Source: a virus
Taxonomy: Duplodnaviria > Caudoviricetes
IMG/VR virus record: IMGVR_UViG_3300020732_000013
Span: 1 to 62,896 of that record
Length of the DNA: 62,896 nt
Reading direction: 5' to 3' (one strand)
The position numbers were made by a program, and so were the translations under genes. Below, one piece after another: positions 10,397 to 20,413 of this stretch (position 1 is its first letter; every line of letters starts with the position of its first letter). The notes under the pieces are model-generated. The model did not search any database. It had not been told where the DNA came from and saw nothing but the letters and a program-made list of their open reading frames with translations.

Positions 10397-10813
10397 TTAC
10401 TCCTGAATGGATTCTTTAGAGGACTTGCGAATGCTGACAGCAAACTCGCGCATCACATTTACACCGGGGGGAAGACCATCGCCATTATGCTCAGACAAGA
10501 ACTGTTTAAAATTACTCTGGTGGATGCGCTTCTCAAAGAGGTCAACGGCTTGATGCTCAAGCACGAACGCCTTAAAGCCATCCCAATCATTGCAGATGTA
10601 ACGTTCATTCAGTTTGCGGATCACAGTACCGAACTTGGTGTTCAGACTGTTGACCTTAACTTTATTGCAGACCTCAAGCAACGCTGCTTCGATCTGCGCC
10701 ATATCGGATTTGAGGGAGACCATTGCAGCCTCGTGTGCCTTTTCTAAACGATCACGCTCAGTGCGTATCGTCAGATAGACTTCTACTAACTCTTCTACGT
10801 TCACGTCGCTCAT
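10397..10813 (-). CDS. Conserved phage protein (N-terminal coiled coil, C-terminal LPPGV)
   Basis: Tightly coupled between the helicase and the SSB-like gene. Confidence 0.6.
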   Translation of the reverse strand: MSDVNVEELVEVYLTIRTERDRLEKAHEAAMVSLKSDMAQIEAALLEVCNKVKVNSLNTKFGTVIRKLNERYICNDWDGFKAFVLEHQAVDLFEKRIHQSNFKQFLSEHNGDGLPPGVNVMREFAVSIRKSSKESIQE

Positions 10814-12381
10814 ACTTCATTCAACTCCTGTTTATACAGATCAACTAAACTCAGATGTGAATCAACTTTACCTTGCAGCATCTTGTACACACGCCGCTCA
10901 GTCTCCGTACTCTCAAGATGCACAACGGTCATCTTGTTCTTCTGCCCCACACGATCAATACGCGCTACACACTGCATATACGTTTCTACACTCATCACAG
11001 GCGACCAGAATATAACTGTGTCTGCCGCCGTCAACGTAACGCCGTGAGATGCTGACTGCGGTTGAATCACCAACACTTTCGGATCCGGATGGGACTGAAA
11101 GTTCTTGATGATGTCCGCACGATTCTTCGCCGTTACATCGCCCTTGATCACATCATTCGTATAGCCTTCGGCATGCAAGAACTCAGTGATGGGATGGATA
11201 GTATGAAGGTAGGGAACGAATACTACAACCTTGTTTGTGGTCTCTTCTAACACTTCTTTCAATGCATTGAGACGCGGCTTGATGTCGAAATCAATCACAT
11301 TGTGATTGTTCGTATAGACCGCACCACCACTGATCTGTAGCAGTTTGCTCATGCCCGCCGCTGCATTCACAGCGCTGATCTGTTCACCGGCTGCTTCAAT
11401 CAAGAACTGTTTCTTTAATAGACGATAGTAGTGAGCCACCTGTGGCGTGACTGGAACTTCTCTTGTCTGATAGGTCACTGACGGGAGATCCAAGCACTCG
11501 GCCTTAGTGAAACGTATCGCAGGTTGCAACGCAGCAAACACAGTCTTTTGCGCAGTCGGCTTCGGGTTCCACTTAAACTTAGTCACCGGATACATCACAC
11601 GATCACGCCACGCGGTTACGTACTTCGGCACACGCCACGGCGAGATCAAACGCGCCAAGCCGAATGCATCGACAGGAGATTGGGATGCCGGAGTACCCGT
11701 CATCATCCACAAGCGTGTCGATGGCAGCACTAACTTAGACAGCGTCTTCCATCGCTTTGTCGTAGAAGTTTTATAAGCGTTGGCTTCATCAATGATGATC
11801 AGATCGAACTGTGCGTTATACACTTCCTGCGCCACGGTATTGAGACCATCGTAGTTGATGATCACGAACTCGTACGGCCCGTTGATCACCTTCAGACGTT
11901 TGTCTTTATCTCCGTAGGCCACTGTGCAACTACGATGCATCGCGGTCTTGAACACATCATCGCGCCAAGCGCTGTACATGATAGACAATGGACAGACGAT
12001 CAGAACGCGCTTTACGCGCTTCATGTTCATCAGATAGTCCGCAGCCCATATCGCTGCTGATGTCTTGCCTGTACCTGCCTCGTTGAAGCAGAACGCGCGT
12101 CCACGCAGGCTCAAGAATGACGCAGTGGTCTTCTGGTGTTCGAACGGCGTATAGATCCCGGGCCACGCATAGTCACGCAGCATCGGCGACGGGATCTGAG
12201 GCAGTGCAGAATTAGGCTGCTCTGCATCGATCAATGCGGCAAGGGTCTCGGCCTCGCTCTGTTCCCAGTTCACCAGAACTGATGTCTGATGCTTATGACT
12301 CTTCTCTATGTTCTTGATAACTGCTTCGGTCAGACTGTACGGCAACTGTAACTGTAGGGCTACTTCATCGATGACTTGCAT
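10810..12381 (-). CDS. SNF2-family helicase
   Basis: NEAGTGKT, IIIDEA, MTGTP, HGVTLTAA and QCVARIDRVGQ SF2 motifs. Confidence 0.92.
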   Translation of the reverse strand: MQVIDEVALQLQLPYSLTEAVIKNIEKSHKHQTSVLVNWEQSEAETLAALIDAEQPNSALPQIPSPMLRDYAWPGIYTPFEHQKTTASFLSLRGRAFCFNEAGTGKTSAAIWAADYLMNMKRVKRVLIVCPLSIMYSAWRDDVFKTAMHRSCTVAYGDKDKRLKVINGPYEFVIINYDGLNTVAQEVYNAQFDLIIIDEANAYKTSTTKRWKTLSKLVLPSTRLWMMTGTPASQSPVDAFGLARLISPWRVPKYVTAWRDRVMYPVTKFKWNPKPTAQKTVFAALQPAIRFTKAECLDLPSVTYQTREVPVTPQVAHYYRLLKKQFLIEAAGEQISAVNAAAGMSKLLQISGGAVYTNNHNVIDFDIKPRLNALKEVLEETTNKVVVFVPYLHTIHPITEFLHAEGYTNDVIKGDVTAKNRADIIKNFQSHPDPKVLVIQPQSASHGVTLTAADTVIFWSPVMSVETYMQCVARIDRVGQKNKMTVVHLESTETERRVYKMLQGKVDSHLSLVDLYKQELNEV

Positions 12382-12387
12382 AAACTC

Positions 12388-12648
12388 TCACTTCATTGAA
12401 CTGTCGCTGTTCCGTTTGAATGAACGGTTCTTGTGCGGCGACTCTAAACGAACGCCGTCTTTATTGGAACCGCCTTTGCTCAACGCTTTGACGTGAGCAA
12501 CGTCTTTACCTTTACGGCTAATGCCTTTCTTATCTATCGCATTGCGCGCACGTTGGCGCTCCATGCGATCCTCGTGTTCGCCTCGTGCAAGTTGCATCTG
12601 ATACTCGTGCTTGTACGGGCGTTTCTTGTTGACGTAAGTACCCATCAT
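12388..12648 (-). CDS. HNH-like endonuclease
   Basis: DVAHVKALSKGGSN...HKNRS. Confidence 0.7.
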   Translation of the reverse strand: MMGTYVNKKRPYKHEYQMQLARGEHEDRMERQRARNAIDKKGISRKGKDVAHVKALSKGGSNKDGVRLESPHKNRSFKRNSDSSMK

Positions 12649-13292
12649 CGCTCCTTATGAAATTCACAGGCGGTGACCGGACACCATCCACACAATGGCG
12701 TGGGGTTCACGGGCCACCAATTGGTTTGAACGCTGTGTTCAAGACGCTTCAATTCCGGTTCGAACGCGCCCCACAACGGCTGACCTCGGGTGTACTCTTC
12801 CTTTATGAAACTATTATATGCAACGAACAACAGACCGGCGTGGACTCGCTGAACATCTTTAAAGTGCGCGAACGTCATCAACGCCATCAGTTTGAGTTGC
12901 TTCGTGTCGGGATACTTGTTGCTCCCGGTCTTGTAGTCGACGATGTAGGCAGTGTCTTCATCGATGACCATGAAGTCGACGATGCCACGTACCCAATAGT
13001 CGGGCGAATCAAACTCACAAGCGAGTTTGTCTGCACTGAGCGCCATTTTGTATTCGAGGTATCGTTCACCGGGAATCTCCAATAAGGCGTCGATCAGCGG
13101 CTTGAATTTCTGATAGAACTTTGGCAACTCGGTGCCATCGCGCGCGTAATCTTCCAACGCTTTGTGAACGTCGGTTCCATACTGCATCTGCTGTGAAACT
13201 TTTACCTCGTAGTTCTTGAGATTCTTCACCTCGTTGAACTGACGTGGACAGTTCCCATACTGCTTCAAGCCGCTGAATGACCACTTAATCAT
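12645..13292 (-). CDS. PD-(D/E)XK (Cas4/RecB-like) exonuclease
   Basis: WSFSGL..YGNCPR, GTDVH, RGIVD..IVDYKTG, QLKLMA and C-terminal CGWCPVTAC; start ATG 13292 overlaps the upstream stop (TAATG). Confidence 0.88.
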   Translation of the reverse strand: MIKWSFSGLKQYGNCPRQFNEVKNLKNYEVKVSQQMQYGTDVHKALEDYARDGTELPKFYQKFKPLIDALLEIPGERYLEYKMALSADKLACEFDSPDYWVRGIVDFMVIDEDTAYIVDYKTGSNKYPDTKQLKLMALMTFAHFKDVQRVHAGLLFVAYNSFIKEEYTRGQPLWGAFEPELKRLEHSVQTNWWPVNPTPLCGWCPVTACEFHKER

Positions 13293-13525
13293 TATTCCTC
13301 TTCTTTCGGCTTGCCCAGTTTGATGAACACCGGAGTGTTTCTTCCGGCCCATGCCCCGGTGACGTTGAAGTCCATCCACTCAACGGCCTCGTCATGAGAC
13401 ATCTTATCGCGCTGCGTTAGGATGCTAACGCACTTGTCCCAATCGTAAACCGCCAACTGTGTGTTGAACTGATAGCCCACACCAATCAGCGCGTCTTCAA
13501 AGCCGTTCGCGTACAGCGCTTCCAT
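13292..13525 (-). CDS. Conserved hypothetical phage protein
   Basis: GFEDALIG..AVYD..EAVEWMDFNVTGAW; coupled to both neighbours. Confidence 0.7.
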   Translation of the reverse strand: MEALYANGFEDALIGVGYQFNTQLAVYDWDKCVSILTQRDKMSHDEAVEWMDFNVTGAWAGRNTPVFIKLGKPKEEE

Positions 13526-15390
13526 TAACAGTCTCCGTAAGATTTACCCCACTTCGCCTCGCAAGCAATGGGTAAACCCTCTGCCCAATCCGGCGGCGTC
13601 GACATGCACAAGATGACATATTCTAGCGCGGACTCCAACTGATCATCGGGAACTACTGCGACGGCGGCGTCATGTACGGTCAGGGCGATTGTGTACCGCT
13701 CGGCGATCTTCAGCATCTGTTCGCCTACGATAATTCTAGCCAGACCCTGCACGACGTTCTCGACGACGCCGCCGCCCCAAATATTCACAGGCCCACGGCG
13801 AGAGTCATAGATCATCTTCTCCTCGTGCATTCGCAGTCGCGGGTAACGGATGTACAGGCCGTTGGGTAATTGAATGCCAATGCCTCCATCCACCCAGACA
13901 GGCGAGACGCCATCGGACGTCTTAACGCCTAACCGGAATGTCCCGTTCTTATGCATGAGAGTGCGCAACGCATTCTCCGCATCGCGCCACAAGTCCGTAA
14001 TGTATGAGTTGTCTTCTCGATACATGCTCACGATGTCTTTGCACTTCTCGACTGTCAGTTCCGCGCCGCCCAGTTTCAGCGTGTGCTGTAACTTGATCGC
14101 GCCCGTGCCATAGCCCAGACCCAAGATGCAGGTCTTGCCAACGAAACGTTCCACAGGATCTGCTTTCGTTATCTGTCGCCTAAAAATCTTTGTAGCGAAT
14201 TCGCAATAGACGTCCTGCTTCTCGCGGAACTTCTTTACCAGATCCTTTTGCCCCGACAACCATGCAAGCACACGCGCTTCAATCTGCGAGGAGTCACAGT
14301 TGATGATCGTGTGCCCGGGCGGGGCAATGATCGCGTTCTTCAGAGTTTTCTTGGCTTTATCACGGCTCGGAAGATTTTGAAAATTGACGCTATCAAGGCC
14401 ACTCCAACGCCCAGTATGAGCGCCGTAATAACGCAGAGGGACAGGAAGATACCCGCGATTGCGGCCCCCAATCCCAATAAAACGTCCAATACGACTCTCC
14501 TCCAGTGTTGACTTAGTTCCAAGACGAACTCCGCATAACTGCTGAATAACTGGATTGTCATGCTCTTGAAGGTCAATGAATCCTTGGTCGGTTTTTGCGA
14601 GTGCATACGTGTTCTTGCCTGTAGTAGGGCTGACTTTAGTAGGAGGCTCAACGCCAAACGACCGCAGTACATCAGCGAACTGCTTGTTACTCGCCAGTTT
14701 CTGACGGACGATTTCGGTGTCCTCAGTATCTAGAATTATCTTAAGCGTGTTCAGCAGGTCTTGCTTTTGTTCGCGGACTTGCTCAAGTCTTTCGACAAGG
14801 AGCGCATCGTCGACTTGGAGTGTCGGCTCGGTGTACATACGTACTGTGAGGTCGATGAGTTTGTATTCAGAATCAGGGAAGGCTTGTGAAAGACACCCGA
14901 ACAATCGGTGAGTGAGATCAACATCATTCCGGCAATACAGACCATACCGCTCAAGAGAAACTTGATCGAAATCCACACGACGTTTGCCAAGAGCATTAAT
15001 AACTTCATCGCCTTTTTCCCCTATGCCGTAACGCAATGCCAGTGCTTTGAGGCTTCCACCCGCCTCGACACCATGGATCGCGCGCGCCATCGACAACGTA
15101 TCGAACCAGAACCCCGGCTTGATGCCGTAGCGCCACGACAGGATCGCGCCGTCGAATAGAGTGTTATGGCAGAGGATGGCGCAGTCAGACGCAACCACTT
15201 GCAGTTCTTCCATCTCGTCGTTGAACTCTTCCGTCCCTGCTACAAGCCATTTCGTATGGTTGTCATCCCACTTGATACCCACGCCGATCACTTCAAAGCG
15301 TGGGTCGTTGACGTACTCTTCCGTGGTCATCTTCGACAGGCTGTAGTCCTTGTCGTAGTACGTTTCAAAGTCAATGGTGATGATGCTCAT
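13525..15390 (-). CDS. polA: Family A DNA polymerase with 3'-5' exonuclease
   Basis: Exo IDFET and HNTLFD; motif A DSSQIEARV; motif B RFVGKTCILGLGYG; motif C TVHDA. ATG 15390 follows an AAGGAG RBS. Confidence 0.93.
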   Translation of the reverse strand: MSIITIDFETYYDKDYSLSKMTTEEYVNDPRFEVIGVGIKWDDNHTKWLVAGTEEFNDEMEELQVVASDCAILCHNTLFDGAILSWRYGIKPGFWFDTLSMARAIHGVEAGGSLKALALRYGIGEKGDEVINALGKRRVDFDQVSLERYGLYCRNDVDLTHRLFGCLSQAFPDSEYKLIDLTVRMYTEPTLQVDDALLVERLEQVREQKQDLLNTLKIILDTEDTEIVRQKLASNKQFADVLRSFGVEPPTKVSPTTGKNTYALAKTDQGFIDLQEHDNPVIQQLCGVRLGTKSTLEESRIGRFIGIGGRNRGYLPVPLRYYGAHTGRWSGLDSVNFQNLPSRDKAKKTLKNAIIAPPGHTIINCDSSQIEARVLAWLSGQKDLVKKFREKQDVYCEFATKIFRRQITKADPVERFVGKTCILGLGYGTGAIKLQHTLKLGGAELTVEKCKDIVSMYREDNSYITDLWRDAENALRTLMHKNGTFRLGVKTSDGVSPVWVDGGIGIQLPNGLYIRYPRLRMHEEKMIYDSRRGPVNIWGGGVVENVVQGLARIIVGEQMLKIAERYTIALTVHDAAVAVVPDDQLESALEYVILCMSTPPDWAEGLPIACEAKWGKSYGDC

Positions 15391-15512
15391 GGCTTCTTCT
15401 CCTTGGCTAAACAATCTGCGCACTTGAACCGCTGCGGGTGGTTATAGCCACCCAACAGCGGCTTACTCTGCTTGCAGGTCTTGCACGTCCGCATGATCCA
15501 ATTCTTATTCAT
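15387..15512 (-). CDS. 41-aa zinc-finger protein (not in the ORF track)
   Basis: MNKNWIMRTCKTCKQSKPLLGGYNHPQRFKCADCLAKEKKP has two CxxC pairs; ATGA overlaps with both neighbours. Confidence 0.6.
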   Translation of the reverse strand: MNKNWIMRTCKTCKQSKPLLGGYNHPQRFKCADCLAKEKKP

Positions 15513-15694
15513 ACTGTTGGCGCTAGGTCAGCCAACTTTTCCACATCCGCTTCAGTTGGGTGTTGAAAGCCGCTAATACGGCTGTAATGCTCAATGAGGT
15601 AGTCAAGATCGTTGTGTACTTTGATTGCAGCATCTTCTTCGTCATCTGCGAACACGTAGACCCGCGCGGTCACGCAATACCGTTTCTCGTCCAT
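15509..15694 (-). CDS. Hypothetical protein
   Basis: GGAGG RBS; V.ADDEEDA motif common in small phage proteins. Confidence 0.6.
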   Translation of the reverse strand: MDEKRYCVTARVYVFADDEEDAAIKVHNDLDYLIEHYSRISGFQHPTEADVEKLADLAPTV

Positions 15695-15787
15695 CTCACG
15701 TCCTCCATTTCATACCGCAATCGTTCGCCATCCGTATAGACAAGAGCGTGATCAGTAGTTTAATGAACTGCTCATCCGTGGTTGTCG

Positions 15788-16087
15788 TCATGACTGTTTC
15801 CTCATTAGATTCTTGATCACATCTTCCAAGCCGATCACCTTGTCGCGTTCCTGTTGCAACGTGCGCAGCAATCGATCGCGCTCAATTCTAAAGCGTTCGA
15901 TGTCACGATGCGCAACGGCTAACGCTTCACGCAGCCGCATGAGATCGCCCATCGCGCGTATCTCTTGCTTGAGTTCTTCCACCCAGACAGGCGGAGGCAG
16001 TACAGGCGCGGTCATCTCCCGCTCCAAGTCCTGTATCTGCCCCTGCTTCGATCCCTTACCGCTTAGGGTAAACATCGTCATCTCCAT
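15788..16087 (-). CDS. Hypothetical coiled-coil protein (true start possibly 16015)
   Basis: Heptad-like C-terminal half; co-oriented within the operon. Confidence 0.5.
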   Translation of the reverse strand: MEMTMFTLSGKGSKQGQIQDLEREMTAPVLPPPVWVEELKQEIRAMGDLMRLREALAVAHRDIERFRIERDRLLRTLQQERDKVIGLEDVIKNLMRKQS

Positions 16088-16181
16088 ACGTTATGTACAT
16101 GAACGCCACAAGCAATGCTGCGTAGCCCCAATGACCTGTCACCAATAGACAGGTCAATAAGATGACGAATGCCGCGCCCAT
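16056..16181 (-). CDS. 41-aa membrane peptide (not in the ORF track)
   Basis: MGAAFVILLTCLLVTGHWGYAALLVAFMYITYGDDDVYPKR; TAATG coupling to the upstream gene. Confidence 0.5.
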   Translation of the reverse strand: MGAAFVILLTCLLVTGHWGYAALLVAFMYITYGDDDVYPKR

Positions 16182-16399
16182 TAGAGGATCAAACTCGTTT
16201 GCTCTGGCTCATTCGCCGTGTCAGGCTGCGACGGCGCTTCGATGGTCGGGATCTCCTGCCAACGCGCGTTGCCCGTCTGCTGAAAGCCCTGCGGACTGTT
16301 GTAGCCTTCGACCCACAATTGGCAAAGCAGAGCGTTGCCGTTGTGCTGTTTGATCCACGCGATCTGTGCAGTGGGTTGCCACTGCGTGAAATTACTCAT
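16181..16399 (-). CDS. Hypothetical protein
   Basis: LCQLW...WQEIP pattern; coupled to neighbours. Confidence 0.55.
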   Translation of the reverse strand: MSNFTQWQPTAQIAWIKQHNGNALLCQLWVEGYNSPQGFQQTGNARWQEIPTIEAPSQPDTANEPEQTSLIL

Positions 16400-16905
16400 G
16401 AATTAAACCCCGCGAGTGCTGCGCGTAGCGCTTCGATCTTCTTGTTATCCAGTTCAATCTTAGACAACGCAGTGTCGAGTTCAGCGAGGCAGTCGAGTGC
16501 CTCTTGGACTTTCGCTCTCGCCATCTGGATTGGAGACATGGGCTTGATATCTTCGACTGTAGTTACGACGGACTTCACTGTTTCTTCCTCAACTATGGTA
16601 AATGGATATTCTGATTGACCGGAATCGTCGCCATCGGACTCTGCGTCCAACTGTTCCAACGCCTCCTTCAGTCGATTCTTGGGCTTTACTTCAGGGTCAA
16701 ATGACACGCCAATCTTTTTAAGATTGGAGACTGCGTTACGGTATGCATGTGGATCGCCGCAGCGACGCAGGTGAACCATTCCTTTACCGTCTTTGGCATA
16801 CACGGTAGCAGTGCTGTTGTCTCTGTTGGGTGACCAACGAAACCCCTGATCTCCCGCAATGCGCAGGAGATCATTGATGTTACCTTGTAGACTCATTTTA
16901 CCCAT
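16396..16905 (-). CDS. Hypothetical protein with a HicA-like N-terminal domain and coiled-coil C-terminus
   Basis: LLRIAGDQGF...DPHAYRNAVSNLKKIG resembles phage HicA-fold proteins. Confidence 0.45.
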   Translation of the reverse strand: MGKMSLQGNINDLLRIAGDQGFRWSPNRDNSTATVYAKDGKGMVHLRRCGDPHAYRNAVSNLKKIGVSFDPEVKPKNRLKEALEQLDAESDGDDSGQSEYPFTIVEEETVKSVVTTVEDIKPMSPIQMARAKVQEALDCLAELDTALSKIELDNKKIEALRAALAGFNS

Positions 16906-17401
16906 AGCGGCTGATCTCCCGGGCGAGATACCACTGCGCTTTCTTCAGATCTTCAAGACCGTTCTTACCAACGTGACGCAGTACGTACTTGATCACGTTG
17001 CCCAAACGATAGTTGAGATCAAACGCTTCGATGACATCCACCGCTTCGATGCCGTTACGCTTGTAATGATCCGGGTTGATCGGATCAGAGATGACAAAGT
17101 ACGGTGGCTCAACCGGAAACGGTTCTGCCTGAGCAAGTAGTTCAGAGATATTAGTCTTCTCGGCGTACAGCGGCTCCTGCAAGGCGTGCATCATTGCCGA
17201 CTTCGTTACTTCTAAATGCTTCGTCATCGTGTCGAGATACTTATCCCCAACCTTCTTGTCAGACTCTTCGCGCATCTTGCGGTGGATCTGATAGACCAAT
17301 GCTTTGGTGCAGCCTACCTTCTTCACGATGGTGTCTGCCGTAAGATCTTTCTTGAGCAGTTCACGCACTTGTACTGACTTGTTCAACTTCTTCTTCACCA
17401 C
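16898..17401 (-). CDS. DUF3310 (SaV-like) domain protein with an N-terminal HTH-like region
   Basis: DPINPDHYKRNGIEAVDVIEAF..GNVIKYVLR..KNGLEDLKKAQWYL. Confidence 0.85.
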   Translation of the reverse strand: MVKKKLNKSVQVRELLKKDLTADTIVKKVGCTKALVYQIHRKMREESDKKVGDKYLDTMTKHLEVTKSAMMHALQEPLYAEKTNISELLAQAEPFPVEPPYFVISDPINPDHYKRNGIEAVDVIEAFDLNYRLGNVIKYVLRHVGKNGLEDLKKAQWYLAREISRYG

Positions 17402-17688
17402 TTTTCCAACTCCTTGCGTAGGTTGTCTACGTTTGTTTCATCGATCACGAATGAACGCCCACCTGCTTTACGAATCTCACTCATGTGATGCAGTTGCAAA
17501 GCCGTGGGCTTGTTCCCGTTTGCCTTCACTTCTATACCAAAGAATGCGCCCTGAAAACAAACCAAAAAATCGGGGACGCCTGAGTTGCCAAAACCAGTGC
17601 CTAACGGCATGGCGTAGTACGCTCCCATGTCCATTAGAATCTTTTTAACCTTTGCCTTCACCTTTGATTCCGGTGTAGTGCTTCCCAT
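17395..17688 (-). CDS. VRR-NUC nuclease (Holliday-junction-resolvase-like)
   Basis: TPESKVK, GVPDFL, GIEVKA and PTALQ. Confidence 0.9.
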   Translation of the reverse strand: MGSTTPESKVKAKVKKILMDMGAYYAMPLGTGFGNSGVPDFLVCFQGAFFGIEVKANGNKPTALQLHHMSEIRKAGGRSFVIDETNVDNLRKELEKW

Positions 17689-18103
17689 TACTCTCTCCTC
17701 GCATCTCGTCTATTAACCAACCGGGAAGAACTACGGTATAGATATGCTCGCTGACACGCCACCCTATTTCATCGTAGGACTCTGGGTAATGATGATTCCT
17801 ATACACATGCTCGTTCGCAATGAAATGATCCCCCGCATTATTCATCGCTGAATGTTGCGGCACAGTAAAGATCAGGGCCAGTTTCCGCTTAATCTGTTTG
17901 GGGAGTGTCGTAGGAGTGTAGAGCCGCTTGTGCCCTATACCGACGTACGCAATCACATGTCCAGATACTCCATTATCGTCCGTATAGATCCAAAGAGGTA
18001 CACGCCACAGATCACTCATGCCCACCCAATTCATATTGAGTGGGGCGAGAGTGTCCAAAAACTTTTCCAGTTTCATAGAGATTACTTGTCGAACATGAAC
18101 CAT
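17645..18103 (-). CDS. Hypothetical protein (true start possibly 18076)
   Basis: Co-oriented ORF within the operon. Confidence 0.55.
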   Translation of the reverse strand: MVHVRQVISMKLEKFLDTLAPLNMNWVGMSDLWRVPLWIYTDDNGVSGHVIAYVGIGHKRLYTPTTLPKQIKRKLALIFTVPQHSAMNNAGDHFIANEHVYRNHHYPESYDEIGWRVSEHIYTVVLPGWLIDEMRGESNGKHYTGIKGEGKG

Positions 18104-19101
18104 TGGTGCGTATCAGAGTAATCGCCTTGTCGCCATGCCACAGTGCCCGTCTCCGGGTAGAGCGTCAATTCACCAACGTTCGGTATGAAACCGTCCGCAT
18201 CGCGCGGCACCTGATGCTCGCGACTCAACTTGAGCATGGTTAACGTACCCTTGACACGTCGGCCCGTTGCATTGGCGATCCAGTTATCTAACTCATCAAT
18301 GGTGTTGAAGCACTGAAACGGAAACGTGATGCCTGAATTCTGGTGAATGTAATTCGTCTGATTCTTACGTATCGCATCGATGTGTTCCGACAAGTCGATT
18401 CCACCAAAGTACCACCGCTCGCTATGACCTATCTTGGAATGCAGGATGAGGTACTTATCTCCGGCAAGATAATTCTCAACGGTCTTGACGTACTCATTGA
18501 ACTTGGCATCGCGCGTCTCGTAGAAGTTCATCAACGCTTCGATGTCTCGCAGCGGCTCCTTGGGCACCGCAATGCGTTGCGCTCCGCCCACAGCCATCCG
18601 CACGGCCCACTGCTGCGCAACGTAATCCAGTTCGAACGTACTCGCAGTCTCAGTCGGCTTGAATTTCTCGGTCATCTTGCTCGCCAACCGCCACATGCCA
18701 ACCCGGATGAATGAGTCAACGTCCTTGATCGAATCCTTGATCCTCTGTGAGCCAGAGTTATCACTACCCAGACGACGCAAGACGTATCGAAGGTTCTTGC
18801 TTTCGATCACATCGTTGAAGTGCCCACGGGGCCAGATAAGCGGCTCGACAGGAGTCTGGATCTTGACCGAATCATTCTGCACGGCGACGCGCAACGCACA
18901 CGCGCCGGACGCCGCGCTGAAATAAGCGTAGTGCTTACGATAGGGATTCATCCCTGCCACATCGACGGCGCTGCACGTCAGCCCCGCCGTGAACTCGTAG
19001 CCCTTGAGGGCTACGATCATGGGCCACACAGGAGACCTTTTGACCTCCTGCATCTGCTCTTCAGTGAACATGCGAGGATAGAAATACTTGGACAGACTCA
19101 T
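18082..19101 (-). CDS. Hypothetical protein
   Basis: 339-aa ORF with an AAGGAG RBS directly after the vWA gene. Confidence 0.7.
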   Translation of the reverse strand: MSLSKYFYPRMFTEEQMQEVKRSPVWPMIVALKGYEFTAGLTCSAVDVAGMNPYRKHYAYFSAASGACALRVAVQNDSVKIQTPVEPLIWPRGHFNDVIESKNLRYVLRRLGSDNSGSQRIKDSIKDVDSFIRVGMWRLASKMTEKFKPTETASTFELDYVAQQWAVRMAVGGAQRIAVPKEPLRDIEALMNFYETRDAKFNEYVKTVENYLAGDKYLILHSKIGHSERWYFGGIDLSEHIDAIRKNQTNYIHQNSGITFPFQCFNTIDELDNWIANATGRRVKGTLTMLKLSREHQVPRDADGFIPNVGELTLYPETGTVAWRQGDYSDTHQWFMFDK

Positions 19102-19111
19102 GGCTTACTCC

Positions 19112-20413
19112 TTACTTGAACTTGACTGACTTGCCGACAGGCGGCTTAAAAGAATCATTACCCTTGACAACCCAAAGGGCCGGTATGCGGGCATCCCATT
19201 TCACGTCCGGTTCGACGTACCCATCGGTGAACACGACCATGCAATCGGCGGTCATGCGCTGCGCAGTCAGGTAGTCGCTGACGCAGCCCACGCGCGTACC
19301 GCCGCCGCCCTGCGGCTTGAGGACATCGGCGAGGTTGCTATAGTTGTCGTACAGCACCTGCTCACCGTGCACGTCGGTGTCCCACCACAACACGACCACC
19401 TCCTCCGGACGCACCTGCTCACAAATCAATGCCAGTGATCCGCACACCCGGGAGATGTCATCCTGACGTATCGACCCCGACGTATCGATGGCGACGATCA
19501 GACGACCGATGCGCTCAGAGATTGTCGATGGCCTATACAAATCATCGGCGAGACGGCGAACGTTAAACCGACGGAACGAATACTCATCGCGCCCAGACAT
19601 CGATTGCGTAACGAACTCCTGCATGACGTCGCGATAGTCTTCCTCCGGCTCCAACAGTTCCTTGATCGCGCGCGGCACATCAACGCCCATCGCACCTGCG
19701 ATCAGCGCGGACTGCTGAATGGCCTGATCGATCTTGGCCTCCTGCTCCTTGATGTCATCGCCCTTGGCACCGCTGACCTTGCTCCAGTCGTGCTTGTCGC
19801 GCGGTGTGGTGTCGTACTGCTTGCCACCGATCTCGACCGACGATGACGGCTCCGACTGCCCCGGCTTAGGTTGCCCCGCGCCTTGGTTCTGGCCCTGACC
19901 CTTCTTGCCCGGGGCCGGATTGCCCTGCTGTTTGCCGTCCTTGTCCTGCCCCGTCTTCAAGAAGTTATATACCTGACGCACAGACCAATTGCGGAACTGC
20001 GGGTCGAGCAGCGGGTTCGGCCCCCACTTCACGAACGACGGATCCTGCATCCGAATCTGTTCGATCCAATCGTTGACCACATAGTCCGCCGCAGCGTTGG
20101 TCAACTGCGGGTCTTCCTTCCACAGGTCACGGTGACGTGGCAGGTGCTTGAGTACGACATGGAACGTCTCGTGAAGTACGACCTCGACGATCTGCTCAAT
20201 GCTCAGGCTGTTCAGGTACTCCATCGCGTAATACTTGTTTACGCCATCGGTGTACGCCGTGGGGCATCCCGACTCAGCCGCAGTCACAACCTTCGACTCG
20301 CCCAACATCAACACACCTGCGTACAGGTACGTCAACTTGTGCTTCATGATGCGCAAGTGCGCGCGCTTGAGATTGGTCTCGGCTTGCTTCATCAGATCAA
20401 CGGCGGCGGTCAT
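19112..20413 (-). CDS. DUF2201-type HExxH metallopeptidase fused to a vWA domain
   Basis: PTAYTDG, LHETFHV and NAAADYVVN; MIDAS motif IDTSGS, GGGGT and FTDGY. Confidence 0.9.
   Translation of the reverse strand: MTAAVDLMKQAETNLKRAHLRIMKHKLTYLYAGVLMLGESKVVTAAESGCPTAYTDGVNKYYAMEYLNSLSIEQIVEVVLHETFHVVLKHLPRHRDLWKEDPQLTNAAADYVVNDWIEQIRMQDPSFVKWGPNPLLDPQFRNWSVRQVYNFLKTGQDKDGKQQGNPAPGKKGQGQNQGAGQPKPGQSEPSSSVEIGGKQYDTTPRDKHDWSKVSGAKGDDIKEQEAKIDQAIQQSALIAGAMGVDVPRAIKELLEPEEDYRDVMQEFVTQSMSGRDEYSFRRFNVRRLADDLYRPSTISERIGRLIVAIDTSGSIRQDDISRVCGSLALICEQVRPEEVVVLWWDTDVHGEQVLYDNYSNLADVLKPQGGGGTRVGCVSDYLTAQRMTADCMVVFTDGYVEPDVKWDARIPALWVVKGNDSFKPPVGKSVKFK

Noticed and set aside
12388-12648. LSKGGSN as another GG tag
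   Set aside because: It is the standard HNH loop motif.
12645-13292. Cas4 as evidence of a CRISPR system
   Set aside because: A solo PD-(D/E)XK nuclease in a replication module is ordinary for phages; no other cas genes or array.
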